From: Ginglymostoma cirratum
Lineage: Eukaryota
NCBI GenBank assembly: GCA_024137785.1
Contig: JAHRHZ010000019.1
Location: 31,112,129-31,176,128 of the forward strand
Reading direction: 5' to 3'
DNA: 64,000 nt
In this document: positions 24,640-37,250 of the stretch, one piece after another
Layout: each line of letters opens with the position of its first letter
Numbering within the stretch: position 1 is the first letter of the stretch
Position numbers and translations under genes: made by a program
The notes under the pieces: model-generated
Seen by the model: the letters and a program-made list of their open reading frames with translations, nothing else
The model's database searches: none
What the model was told of the DNA's origin: nothing

Positions 24640-25850
24640 CTTCCTTTACAGTGCACCCGACTGCGTGGTTACTATTTGTTATGGTATACAGGCTCCCTAC
24701 AAGCAGCCTACTGAAACACTACCAACACTTGGCCCCACTGCAGATCTCAAAGGTTCTGATGTTGCTCTCATTACAGCTAACATTGCCCATCATATTGTCA
24801 TGGCAAGCAGAAATCTGACCAAACAACAGAGAGACAAGTTTCCCCAGCTGTTCAAGGAAACACTTCTAATCAAATGGCAAAAGCTGTGGTGGGATCAATG
24901 ATGATGATGTACTGCAGTCTCCTTTGTTCATGTTAAGTCGCTTGGAGCTGCCAGACTGAAGCTCATGTGAATTGTAGATCTTCCAGTTAAGAATCCTAAA
25001 CTGAGTTCAAGTAGATGCATTGTCAGGATATGTGGTTTGACAAATGTAGCAGGCAAATACTTCTGCCGTGCTGTTCAGTAAAGAGACACCTTAATAGTTG
25101 TTGCAATCATTAAAAATGTCCTTGCTCTTGCATGAGGTCATAAATTTTTGAATCAGTAAACCAATCCTACCAGCACAGACAGAAAGCTTACGTAGATCTG
25201 TAGAAGTACCTGGTGTTGTGCTCGTAACATAGCTATTGACTCACTTCCCAAGCGCAATATCTTGTTCTCCCATGATGCACAGGATTTCTACAGTACCTGG
25301 AGCTTCCTTAGTGACAGTGCTCTCCCAAGAGTAAAGGTAAAGGTAAAGCCATCTACTGGACCATAGAGCTGTTCTTTCCACAGGGAAAGACGACTGGTGA
25401 TGGTTTAACCAGGAGGGTCATCATACCTGAAGAAAGGGGAGAGGCCTTCAAGGTAACATCAGCTGGTGTGGGAAATGAACCCATGCTGGTAGTATCATTC
25501 TGCATCACCCACAAGCTGTACATCCAAGACCTAACCAAACCCCTGCTCTATGCATCCCTTCAAGTGTTTATTCCAGGTTGGTGATGACCTCTCCTGCCTA
25601 TCTTAAATGGAGCCACTCTCTTTGCAAATAAATAATTTCTTTTGATCCCTTCATAAATTCATCCCATATGCTGAGTGTGTAGTTTAGGTCTTGAAGTATG
25701 CTCCATTTCACTTCTTCATTCTGTACAGGAATGCCAGAGAGCATCTGTTCAACTAAACCAAGGCATGGTTGATTTTTAATCTGTTCAGGCAGTATGGTTC
25801 ACAATAATTCTGGAAGACACTGTTTCAGCTTGCTCCTATGACAGTGAACT
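24640..25850 (-). mobile_element. RTE-clade LINE RT remnant, interrupted by a SINE
   Basis: Minus strand traces of GVSLL.S...VFA, FL.GRST..M.FSL.QLQ, IDxT.AF and SEPFEI.SG motifs. Confidence 0.65.
25332..25538 (-). mobile_element. tRNA-derived SINE with (TTTACC)n tail
   Basis: B-box-like gggttcatttccc; ends in ctttacctttaccttt on the minus strand. Confidence 0.7.
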
Positions 25851-25859
25851 GCTTTCATC

Positions 25860-27110
25860 CTATTTTGATTGCTCTTCTCCTTTTCCAGTCTCTTCCCAAC
25901 TACACCCATGACTCTTCAGACACCCTCTATTACTTTAACCATTTCCAATTTCCTGACCCCAACTAGTTCTTCTTCACCATGGGCATGCATTCTCCTTACA
26001 CCTCCATGTGCTGCCAGAATGGAATGAGGACTATTACTTCTTCCTCGAGAACCAATTAATCCAGTCACCAGCACACTCCGGTGGACAAAACTTATTGTCA
26101 CATTGAACAGCTTCTCTCAACTCATCTCGTTTCTTCCAAAAATACTTCACCTACAGGAGTCCTAATTGCATCTGTCTTTATACAGAAGATGTGGAACGAG
26201 TCTTACCCCATTCCTAAACAGGCCCCACCTTTAACGTTTTTCCTGGTACATTGATGACTATATCAGTACCACTTCCACCTCCTGCCTGGAATAGGAATCC
26301 CAAACCAACTTTGCTAATTTCCACTCTTCTTTTCTCACTTTCATGCGGCCCATTCCTGACTTTTCTCTCTCCATTTCAAGGGAAAGGCTAACAAAACATA
26401 CTTCATTATACGTCCATTATTATCCAAAGCAACCTCAAACACTCATTCAGACAGTGCATCTTCTAAAGGATTTCATTCCATTCTTCCAGTTTCTCTACCT
26501 CTACTGTATCTGTTCTAATGACAACTTTCCAGATCAGTACTTCAGATGTGTCTTATTTTATCCACAATCAAGGATTTTATGATTAACAGGGCCCTCAGCA
26601 TTATCCGACTTATTCCATACACTTCTACTCTCATCACTTCCAATGCTCCCAGACCACGAGAGTTCCCCTTCTCCTCCCCATCGACCCACTAACATCCATA
26701 TTCAATAACCATCCATTGCCATTCCTACCACCTTCAGCTTTACAGTCAACTACATCCTTCCCTCTTCTCTCCTTTCGTAATGTCTAAGCAACACCTTTGT
26801 CCACTCAACATCCAAACACCATGCCCCCTTCACACTGAATTTTTCCATGTAAGACTCTTCTACCTTTTCTTCTTAAAAAAAAAAAAGGGTCCTAAACACT
26901 ACGTCCAGGTGAAGCAGTTATATATCTCTACTTTCTTTAGTTTTGTACATTATTTGCTTCTCAATGCCATCACCTCTACAGAGAGGAGTCCAAATGCAGA
27001 TTGAGCAAGTGCTTTGCAGAACACCTTTCAATCCACAAACAAGGTGCCAAGCCTCGAGTGGTCTGCCATTTTAATTCTCCAGCTTGCTATCAAGTTGACA
27101 TCTAACCTTG
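25860..27110 (+). mobile_element. Degenerate Penelope-like RT + GIY-YIG ORF
   Basis: FTM...S.YTS (motif A), YIDD at about 26248, IPF.QFL.L..ICS, and QVKQ.....LY.EESKCRL...FAEHL (GIY-YIG). Confidence 0.85.
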
Positions 27111-27129
27111 GCCTTATTTATTTATTATT

Positions 27130-27440
27130 TATTAACGAGTCCCACAGATTCACCACCCTCTGGCTTAATAAATTCCTCATCTCAGTTCCAGAAGGGTCTT
27201 CATTTCACTTAAAGGCTGTGCCCTTGGGCCCTAGTCTGTCTAACCAGTAGAAACATCTTCTCCAGGTCCACTCTATCCAGAATTCTCAGTATTCTTTAAA
27301 TTTTAATCAAATCCCCCTCATTCTTCTCAACTCCATCCAGTACAGACCCAGAGTCCTCAACCACTGCTCATATGACAATCCCTTCCGAGGATCATTCTTG
27401 TAAACCTCCTCTAGAACCCCTCTAACACCAGCACCGTTGC
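27130..27440 (-). mobile_element. CR1 LINE 3' coding fragment
   Basis: Reverse complement of the CR1 RT C-terminal region (agactagggcc..ggcacagcctt..aggaattt..ccagagggtggtgaatctgtgg). Confidence 0.8.
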
Positions 27441-28521
27441 CCTACAAATTTCTCTTCAGATAAATATTCAATATGCTTTTAAAAGCTTTGATTAAATCCA
27501 GGCTCAGCACTTCCTTGAATAATGCATGGAGAAGTGCATGAGAGGTTTGGATGCACACTCTTCCGTTTAAAGAAACAAATAAATTGAGTTGTGAACTCAC
27601 ACAAGGCCTATGAATTGTGTATTTTGTTGATCCAGTAGTTAGAAAATGAAATTCTCATTTTTGGTACCTCTGGTATAGCCAAAGTTTGAAAAAAAGACAG
27701 CTACCACCAAGAACAGCATTTACATATAATTTTTTACGTATCCAGAAAATTAATTAGAGAAAATTTTAGATTGCTGAAACACCTTCTCCTTTCCAATGTT
27801 AGATACTAACAATTCACTAATGCTCCCAACATTTCTCCAACCTTTTTGCTGTACCTCAATTGCCCCTCTAGAGCTCTGGCAAACCCAGCAATAATGCCAG
27901 ACCAAAAGAAAATCACACGCTTGCAAACACAACAGCTCCATAATGCCAAACTCCATTTAGTATAAACAGAATGTGACCATTTACGGCACATCATAGTTCT
28001 GATGCTGGCACTAATAACCATAAACGCTCATTTTATAAACAGTATACCCTACGATTTACCATAATTAACACCACAGGAAGTCTTGTCCGTCTTAAAGTTA
28101 TATGATTTACAGGAATTAAGAGGCATTTAATTCAAGTCATTGTTATGAGTTGAATTCACAGAAGTTTGAGAAATTTTTAAATGAAAAACATCCCAAGACT
28201 TTGAACATTACTCCAGAATATGTCTTGAGTGGTTTAGTCCATTTATTGAAGTTACTTCTGTAGCTTAACTTGCAGGCATGTCATATAGTAAAAGCTTTTT
28301 AAGACAGATCTAATGGCAGGGAGTGATAGGGACAAAAAGCCTGATATTTTGGTCATCTGTACAATAAGGAAAGCAAGTTTTAACAGTATTGCAGCACAAG
28401 TGGTACATTCCATCAGATCTATTTTGTCAAACAGAATCCCCTTCGTTTTGCTTTTCCTAAAAAACAAATCAGGATACAAAATATTGACTGCATAAGACTC
28501 AGATATGCTGCTGTTACTCAC

Positions 28522-28608
28522 CAGGAAAATGCTATATTGCAACAGGCAGACTTAATATTCATGGTTGCTATGCAACATCATCATGTGCTCATTCTACCAA
28601 GAACCCAG
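28522..28608 (-). other. Candidate alternative (first or internal) exon
   Basis: Consensus donor CTG|GTGAGT at 28522/28521; 5' boundary uncertain (AG at 28594 or 28609, or a TSS); repeat-free context. Confidence 0.4.
28564..28576. promoter_or_regulatory. RFX X-box-like palindrome
   Basis: GTTGCTATGCAAC. Confidence 0.4.
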
Positions 28609-29369
28609 CTGTACTCAATGTAAAGAAATACACACTCACTGAGCAGGTCACACCTCAATCCAATTTAGCACATCACACAATTATCTAGTGTTACCTATTG
28701 GAAAATAATTATTCCTTAGTGAAAAGAGGACAGAGTGTAGTGTAGGAAGAAAGATGCAAACGACTGTTGGTCATTGCCTGAGCCGAGGTCCTTCATTCTC
28801 TGCAATGCAGGCAACAGCTTCTGAAGCATTGAACCTATGGTTATTGAAGCATTGAGTCTTTCTGACAACAGATTCTATTCCACTTGGATCATAGCTTCTA
28901 GTTGCTCCTACTTTCACACAAAACCATGATCTCAATGGACTTAGCTAACACACCCTCTGCCTATAACTGGCCAACATAGCTTTGCAATAGACGTTCTATA
29001 TCTTTTATTCCTTTGTCTTGAAGGCTCCTGACACTTGGAAAATATATTTTTTAGATCTGCTGGGTAAAGATTACTAAAAAAAAAAAGTACAACTACAGGT
29101 ACAATAACTCAAATTGGGCAAGCTTAGACTGAGGCCTTGCTGGATTTCACGTCAGGCTGGGTCAGATGGGGTCAGGGGATAGCTTGGATCTCAGGACAGA
29201 GCAACACACGATGCAACAATGCTGATAAAGTAGTGTGGAGCTACAACACACTGACATAGCACCTAATCAAACCTGACCAGATAAGACATTTATTTTACTC
29301 AATTAAAGTTTGACATAAATATGTCCAGTTTTCAAACAGGCAGAATTGAGGCACTGTACTTGCACAAAG

Positions 29370-30160
29370 AGAAGCTAAAACACAATCCAAGAAAAAGTAC
29401 CATCTAGCATTTGCACCACCCAAGTACAAGGCAATGACCAACCCCAACTGTGGAGAATCTAACCACTGGCCATTGATGCGACTGTGCTGCCAAATCAGAA
29501 GAGCCCTTAGACTAACCTGCATGCACGAATTGAATTCCGGTCTTGGAAGCCACTATCACACAGCAGCAGGAAAATTACAAAGAACATAGACTACCATTGG
29601 CCACATGAGTGATGTGGTTACAAGAGCCAGACAGAAGTCATGAATTCTGTGGCAAGTAACTCATCTCCGGTCTGTTCAACACATGCACGCTGGCTACCAA
29701 ATCAGAGCTTGACGGAATGCTCTCCATCTGCCGGATGAGTGCAACATTCAAAAGGCTCATGATCCAGGACAAGGCAGCCCACTGATTGATATCTCATCCA
29801 TTACCTTCAAAACTCACATACTTAACCATCGAATCACAGCGGCAGTCGTGTGTACCGGTGCTAGAAACCTTCAATACAGTGAAATAGTACACAAATTCTT
29901 CAATAGCACCTTCCGAACTTGCGGCCTCTACTACCTAGGTTGAGGGCAGCAAATACACAAGAACTTCATCACCTCCAAATTTCCCCTCTAAGCCACACAC
30001 CACCCAGACTATACATCCCTGGCTTACATACTAGACTATACCCGCATTCCTTTACTGTTCAAGGAAGCAAGTCATCACCATCTTCACAAGGGCATTTACA
30101 GATGGGCAATAAATGCTGGTTTAATGAGCCATGCCCTTATGCAATGAACCAATAAAAAGA
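29370..30160 (+). mobile_element. CR1-clade LINE 3' part
   Basis: Homologous to 36310-37160; ends in gggcaataaatgctgg...aataaaaa. Confidence 0.75.
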
Positions 30161-30279
30161 AACAGCTTATAACACAAAAGTCCACCAGCGTTTACAGTTC
30201 CAAGAGAACATGGGTATACCAGTAAAATCAGCTGGTACCAGAGCAGCTAATTTTGCAGTTGACCAACTTGTATTTCAAG

Positions 30280-30307
<28 letters not shown>
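30280..30307. repeat. (GA)14 microsatellite
   Basis: Direct read. Confidence 0.95.
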
Positions 30308-30310
<3 letters not shown>

Positions 30311-30849
30311 GGTCATACTTTCTCAGGGATACAGCTCCATTACAATTTTATCAAATATAATAGATCCATTGAACAACAGCCACTTCAACAATTCACATTT
30401 AAAATAGTTATGGCCAATTAGGTAAATTTCTAATTCTCAAAACATGCACATGTTTTGCCAGAGTCTCTAATATGTTCTGATGTCTTATTTAGAATCTGTG
30501 CTCTTTTCCATTCCTATTAGAGAGTATAAACCTAGCAGCATGAATTGTAGGTCAACACTACAGTGTACAAGGCAATGGGGTTGTAGAGTTTGATCTCCTC
30601 CATGAAGATTCAACATCATCTCTAGCAGGCAGAGTTTGCAATGCGATATTCAGGGAAGAAGGATGTCTTCATATTGAACTTTAAAAATAGAAAATGCAGT
30701 TTCAGGTAATGAAACTCCGATGAGATCAAAGCTTAAACGTGAAGCATCGCACTGAATATAACTCTAAGGAAAATGTTGTGACAGAGTAAATCTCAGAAAC
30801 AAAAATCCTTAAAAGCATTTAGCGTTCCCCAAATACTTTAATGGATTAA

Positions 30850-31190
30850 TCACTAAAAGGCAGGGTTTAATGAAGAACAGTCAGCATGCTTTTATTTAGG
30901 GAAGTCATATCTGAGCAACTTGGTTAAATTTTTCAAAGAGGTGATCTTGTGTATAAATGAGGGCTATGCATTTGAGACCAACTGCTACTGGTACCTAAAG
31001 GTCCCTCAGAGACTGACAGCAAAGGTAAGAGCCCATGGGATGTAAGGAAATTTGGCTAATTGGATCCAGAATAGGCCAAGTAGCAGAAAGTAGAGGATGA
31101 TGGTCAAGTGTTATTTTCGCAATTGGAAGCCTGTTTCTAATGGGGTTTCACAGGGATCAGTGTTGGGGCCCTTGTGGTTTGTTCAATACA
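30850..31190 (+). mobile_element. CR1 RT fragment
   Basis: WKPVSNGVSQGSVLGPL (GVPQGSVLGP motif). Confidence 0.8.
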
Positions 31191-31239
31191 CTCCTGTTTC
31201 ACGGCTTGGTGTCATCCCTTCACAGTTAGGCCAAGGTCC

Positions 31240-31560
31240 AATATATTTTTGGAAGCACTATCTAAACCCACAAACACCAACATCCAGATGACCAGCCACA
31301 GAAGGTACATGGGAAAAGCACCACTTGCAAGTTCCCCTCCAAGTCACTCAGCATTCTGACTTGGAAATATATGGCCATTCCTTCAGGGTCATTGGGTTAA
31401 AGTCCTGGAACTTCCTTCCAAGTGGCATTCTGGGCCTACTTAAAACCAAATGGCCTCCAAGTTCAATGCAGCAGCTTACCACCACCTCTCAAGGGCCACT
31501 GGGATGTGGGCAATAAATGCTGGCCCAGCCAGTGATGCCCACATTCTTAAGTGAACAACA
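31240..31560 (+). mobile_element. CR1-clade LINE 3' end
   Basis: SWNFLP...gggcaataaatgctggcccagccagtgatgcccacat tail. Confidence 0.8.
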
Positions 31561-34148
31561 AAAACCATGCAGCCAGTCTGCCTGATCTCTCTGGCACTGA
31601 TATTCCCAGGGAAAATGAAGAATTGGTGCTGAAGACTGACAACTTTAAGGAGACACTTCAGAATACAAGCACTTCCTGGCAGAAGTTCTGTAAGCAACAG
31701 GATGGAGGGGATCTAACCAGCACACTAACTAGTTAATCTAGTCTTGGAGCATAAATAAACCTCATTAATAATAGCAGCTACTCCCCCTGTAGCTGCCAAA
31801 AATAAACTACATTATTAAATGCTGACTTTTTAAAATAAACTTCAAAGTTACACTGTAGGAAATGAGATAGTATTTACAGTCAGAAACATCCCTGTGGGCA
31901 TTGGACCAAAGTCATTACTGGCCTACACAGCATGTGCTGGATAAGGAAAGTACAACCTAAGTGTGTGGAATTTGCTGGTTCCAAACAGAAAGCAGTAAAG
32001 ACTTACACCAGGCCTGAAGAACTGCATCAAAATCCACGCTTTTTGTTTTGCAACACTACAAACGTTTAGAAAACAATGTAGTAAATACATACTTAAAATT
32101 TTAAAAGTTATGATTTTTCGGTGGTCTGGAATTTCCCCAGTGACTCAGGTATCAAGTTAAAATTCTGCTAAATTGGTTAACTGCATAGCAAAGCTGACGC
32201 TAATCTGCAAAATCAAAATGCTGACCAACCTAGTCATCCTGCAGGCTTTTGTAAATGAGTTTGCCAGAGTAGGACCATGTTTGTGCTGTGGAGCCATGCC
32301 AACTAAGAAGAAAAACTGTCTACATAAACAGGGCATATGTCACTTACAGCCAGAGGTTTTGGGGATACATTCATCCAGTCAGTTCAGACCAGCTTCATCC
32401 CAAGTTCCAATGAGTGAAAAATGCTCAACATGTTAACAAGTCCTCTTTGATTATAGGGGCAGAAAGATAGGAAAACAGTAGACCTTTCAAGGCTGTCACC
32501 CAATTTGCTCATGGCAGGTTAGTGTAATAAATATAACTTGTGTAAAAACCAATAATTTCGGAAATTTACATGGGCATCAGTCTGTGTACTCTGAACAAAT
32601 AGTGTTAATGCTGATTGCCCAACAGTAACCGCGTCATAAGGTAGACAGGTGGGGACTAGTGTTCAGGTGGAAGATTTGTTTTTAAGAGTTGGGTTAATTT
32701 AGAGTCTTTTCCATTTGACATGGACTGTGTTAAGTGCAGAAAAGGAAGGTGCATTGAGAAAGATTATATCTTCTCATCAATGATTCTAAAATGTTGGGAC
32801 CAGAGCAAGAGGAAAGGATGCAGGAGCAGAGAAATTGATGGCGGAGAGACAGGTGATGCAGAGTAGGTGGCAAAGGGAGATTGTCAGTTAGTTGAACATT
32901 ATAATTGAGTTAGGTCAGAAGGAACAGTTAGGGTCTTGGCAGAGAAATCAACGCCAGAGGACTTGGCAAGGAAGAAAAATAAAAAGGATAGATTTCCAGG
33001 TGTAGATGATTTTCTGGGTGACAGAAAAATTGGCAGAAGTCAGTGTTTTAAGTAATGTGAGGAGCATCTCTTTAAATGCATTTACATAACTTTGCTTGTA
33101 TGTCCATTAATACCACCAGAGACTCACCCGCTCCCAAGTAAACTTCATACCCCTACCCTTCTGCTTCCAAAACTAGACAGACACATACACCCCACCTCCA
33201 AAATGAACAAAGTTCATAGTTTTGTATCACTGCACTCTTATTTAAATATCTGTGTTATTATTTCTGCAGTGTATTAACACCCTTACTACTTTGGGCACAT
33301 TTCCTTTATCATCTTTCCCCAAAACATGTTACTTCACCTTTTCTGCATGGGTCTGTATTCACTAGTCTGCTAACTCAACCGACATCCTCCTGTAACTTTC
33401 CTCAGTATCATAATTTTACAATTTATTATCTTCAAACTTAAATATTATTCATTTTCTCCCCCCTTCTGCTTAGGCAGTTTTATAAATGGACGCAAGACCC
33501 CACTCCAAATTGGGGAGACATATCTCAACATATTGTCAATTTGAAATTTTTAAAAAATCCATTTTACCCTTAATTTTGGCTTTCTACCCAGAGTTACCTT
33601 TAAACCCAGAAGCAGCATTCTCTTATCGAGTGCCTACAGCAACAATAACATTCTACTTATACACATTTTGGTTTCCTCAAGACAATTCACAAGCTTGTCC
33701 AGACATTTCCTTTACATTTACTGACCAAGCTTGACCAATCCATGCCTTTTTGCATTTACAGCAATTGCATCCATATTAGTGTACATTAGATTAGAGGTAG
33801 TAACTTGAAAAAACCTCAATAAACTGCCAGTCCAATTTAGTTTCCAAAAGAATAAATATGGCAAACATGTTCATTCAATTCATAAAGATTATGATAAATT
33901 TTAGCTGCAGCTAGATTTCTAAAGTACAAAGCAATAAAACCTTTTCCTTATACACTGTTTTAAGTTACAGATCTTCCGCATCGGGTAGTTCTGCAGTCTT
34001 ATCAACGGCCGAGGCATATTACTCTGTGGTGCAAATAAATGCCTATTTGGAACTACACATGGAACTTCAAAAATCATAGAAATTTTCCTTTAGTCCAAGT
34101 CATGCACATTTACCACAATGGAAACAACAAAAAAATCTAAGTTACATA

Positions 34149-34662
34149 GATAACAAGGTGTAGAGCTGGATGAACACAGCAGGCTAAGCAGCATCAGAGG
34201 AGCAGGAAAGCTGGCGTTTCGGGTCTGGACCCTTATTCAGAAATGGGGGAGGGGAAAGGGGATTCTGAAATAAAATTGGGGGGGCGGGGGGGCGGGAGGC
34301 AAATGGAAGATGGATAAAGGAGTAGATAAGTGGAGAGGAGACAGACAGGTCAAAGGTGTGGGGGATGGAGCCAGTAAAAAGGTGAGTGTAGGTGGGGAGT
34401 TAGGGTGGGGGATAGGTCAGTCCAGGGAAGACGGACAGGTCAAGGAGGCGGGGTGAGGCTGGTAGGTAGGGCTTGAGGTGGAAGGAGTGGACGGACAGAT
34501 TAGGGAGACGGGGACGAGCTGGGCTGGTTTTGGGATGCGGTCCGGGGAGGGGAGATTTTGAAGCTTGTGAAGTCCACATTGATACCATTGGGCTACAGGT
34601 TTCCCAAGCAAATTTTGGAGGGGCTGTTTCTGCAACCTTCAGGTAGCATCGTTGTGGCACTG
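34149..34662 (-). mobile_element. Young PLE 3' portion: GIY-YIG C-terminus + pLTR without tail
   Basis: LGNL*PNGINVDF motif; pLTR ends at the GATAAC boundary; hammerhead variant at 34213-34240. Confidence 0.9.
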
Positions 34663-34769
34663 TTCTCAATCATAAAAGCCTCATACTTGAGGAGGTCAAA
34701 TAAAATCATCTACACACTTCTGATGATTGAACAGATAGACTCTGGAAAAGATAAATTCTGCCACAAATG

Positions 34770-35860
34770 AAGGTGTCCCTTGCTTGTGGTGCAGGACGAT
34801 GTCTGCTGGTAACTTGTCCGAAGGGCTGGTGCTTGCTTCTGCACTTGTGAAACCACATGTCATTGCACTAGCGAATCCCTGTCCACAGTTGATGTTGCCT
34901 TTTATATCAGTCAGTTAGCATCCTACTTACCGTGATTGGACATGGAGGGTTTTAATGTCTCTTTTGGTAAATTCTTGAATTAGAAGATCAGGTACCCTGT
35001 TAGTGTTGTCACAGGCTTCCTCTGCAAACCCTGGAAATGCAGCCATCTTCCATCCTATACACATGTCCAAGCAATGAAAGCCTTCTTTTCTTGATTAGCA
35101 CTACATTGGTGACACCATCTTTCCAGGTGATGCCAAAAAATGTATCCTCTATACTTGAGAAGATAAAGATCATTGAGCCTTTGATATTGGTAGGTGGAAG
35201 TTTTCAAGGCTTTACTGACAAACAGAAATATGTTGAGGTTAGAAGCCTTGGATCAGCAGGTCAGTTTGTTGTTTTGTCATGCCCATGTTGTTAGTCAGCC
35301 AAAGTTGTTGGCTGCCTTGTCGAGCTTTTGATCAAGACTGTTCGTCATTACAGATCCAAGTTGGCAGAGTTTGGTAACTATTTCCAGATGTTGGGTTGTT
35401 GAGTCTGATCACAGGTAAAGATACAACACCTTGTCTAATAACAACTATAGATTTTTGGTACCAATGGTGAACATGACACAAGCATGGTTCACATGATCCA
35501 TGAGCCTTTAAGCTATTCTTCCATCTGGGCTAGTAGTGCAGTACCATTAACTACTGATGTTCTCTGATCAGGACATACCATACTTTTATCTTGACTTGAC
35601 AGGTTGGTGGTCTGGAGGTACTCCTGCCATGTTGGCAGGGAAAGCATATCTTAGGTGGACAGAGACAAATATACCAAAGAGAGTAGAAACCAAGACATAG
35701 ATTTGTTTCATCCTACTTTTGATCTCAAAAGTATCAGATGGAGCAAAACTGAATGGTGCTGTGCAGGTTACTATGGAAAGACTGTATGAGACTGAAAAGA
35801 TTGGAAGAGCATCAAATGTCTTCGGTTGACGCTGTGCCATTCACTGACTTTGGCAAAGCC
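34770..35860 (-). mobile_element. RTE-clade LINE RT remnant
   Basis: ORF 35586-35840 SDTFEIKSRMKQIYVLVSTLFGIF resembles the RTE SGVKQGCVLAPTLF motif. Confidence 0.75.
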
Positions 35861-36317
35861 TCAATAATTTGAGTTAGATGCCCTAGTAATTGTCACAATC
35901 TTTCTCAACCTATTTTGTTCTATCATAACATGGTAATGTTTTTCACCTCTAAGTACAGGATAGTGATTGCTGTCCAGTAAAAACAATGCTTGTCATGGAG
36001 TTATGGGAGTAGATGAGACTTTCCTTTGAATAGCTCTGCTGCTATTTTAGTCTTTTCCTGACTGTTAGGAGTCAAATGGGCCTTTCAAGCTCATGCTGAA
36101 AGAGATTCAAATCACACAATACGTACTGAGGATCATTAAGGGGAGTGAGAGATATCAGTCTCATGTGAGTCTTGCATGAGATGCTCTACCAGTGGGCCAT
36201 TTGCTAATCCCTATCAATGAGTAATTTGATAACTATTTCAAATGAGCAACTTGGCTGATGAACGTTCTTTCTCAAAGAACGAATGTCGTCATGTTACTAG
36301 CAGTTTGATCTCTTTGC

Positions 36318-37165
36318 GCTTTTTTTTTTTTATTTGTGGGATATGGAAGTCACTGGCCAGACAGCATTTATTGCCCGTCCCTAGATGCCCTTGAGGAAGT
36401 GGTGGTGAGCTGCCTTCTTGAACCACTGCAGTCACCTGCTGTGGGTTGACCACAATGCCATTTGGAAGGGAATTCCAGGATTTTGAATCAGCAACAGCGA
36501 AGGAACGGTGATATGTTTCCAAGTCAAGGTGGGGAGTGGTTTGCAGAGGAACTTGAAGGTGGTGGTGTTCCCATATATCTACTGCCCTTGTTCTTCTAGG
36601 TGGAAGTGGTTGTGGGTTTACAGGGTGCTGTCCAAGGATCTTTGGTAAATTTCTGCAGTGCATCTTGTAGATAGTAGACACTACTACTGAGCCTCGGTGG
36701 AGGACAACGTGGATGCTTGGTCAATGGTAACTCAAGATGTTGATAGAGGTGGATTCAGTGGTGGTAACACTGTTGACTATCAAGGGGCGGTGGTTAGATT
36801 GTCTCTTATTGGTGATAGTCATAGCCTGGCATTTGTGAGGCATGAATATTACTTGCCAGTTGCCAGCCCAAGCCTGGTTATTGTCCAGATCTTGTTGCAT
36901 TTGAACATGGACTGCTTCAGTATCTGAGGTGTCGTGAACGGTGCTGAACATGGTGCAATCATTAGCGAACATCCCTACTTCTGACCGTATGCCAGAGTGA
37001 AGGTCATTGCAGCTGAAGACAGTTAGGCCAAAGACACTACCTGGAGGAATGCGTACAGAGATGTCCTGGAGCTAAGATGACTGACTCCCAACAACAACAT
37101 CTTCCTTTGTGCCAGGTATGACTTCAACCAGCTGAGGGTCTGCCCCAATTCCCATGGATTCCAGT
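36318..37165 (-). mobile_element. CR1-clade LINE 3' about 850 bp with poly-A
   Basis: MFANDCT (FADD), QQDLD..QAW...WQV.F.PHKC, SWNSLP; poly-T at about 36319 on the plus strand. Confidence 0.9.
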
Positions 37166-37167
37166 TT

Positions 37168-37250
37168 TGAAGAAGGGTTACCAGACCCGAAACATTAACT
37201 CTGATTTCTCTTCATAGATGCTGTCAGACCTGCTGAGCTTTGCCAGCAAC
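37168..37250 (+). mobile_element. Second-family PLE pLTR fragment with hammerhead-like core
   Basis: TGAAGA-A-GGGTT ACCA GACCC-GAAAC-ATT; downstream agatgctgtcagacctgctgag shared with 17573-17668 and 13600-13735. Confidence 0.75.
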
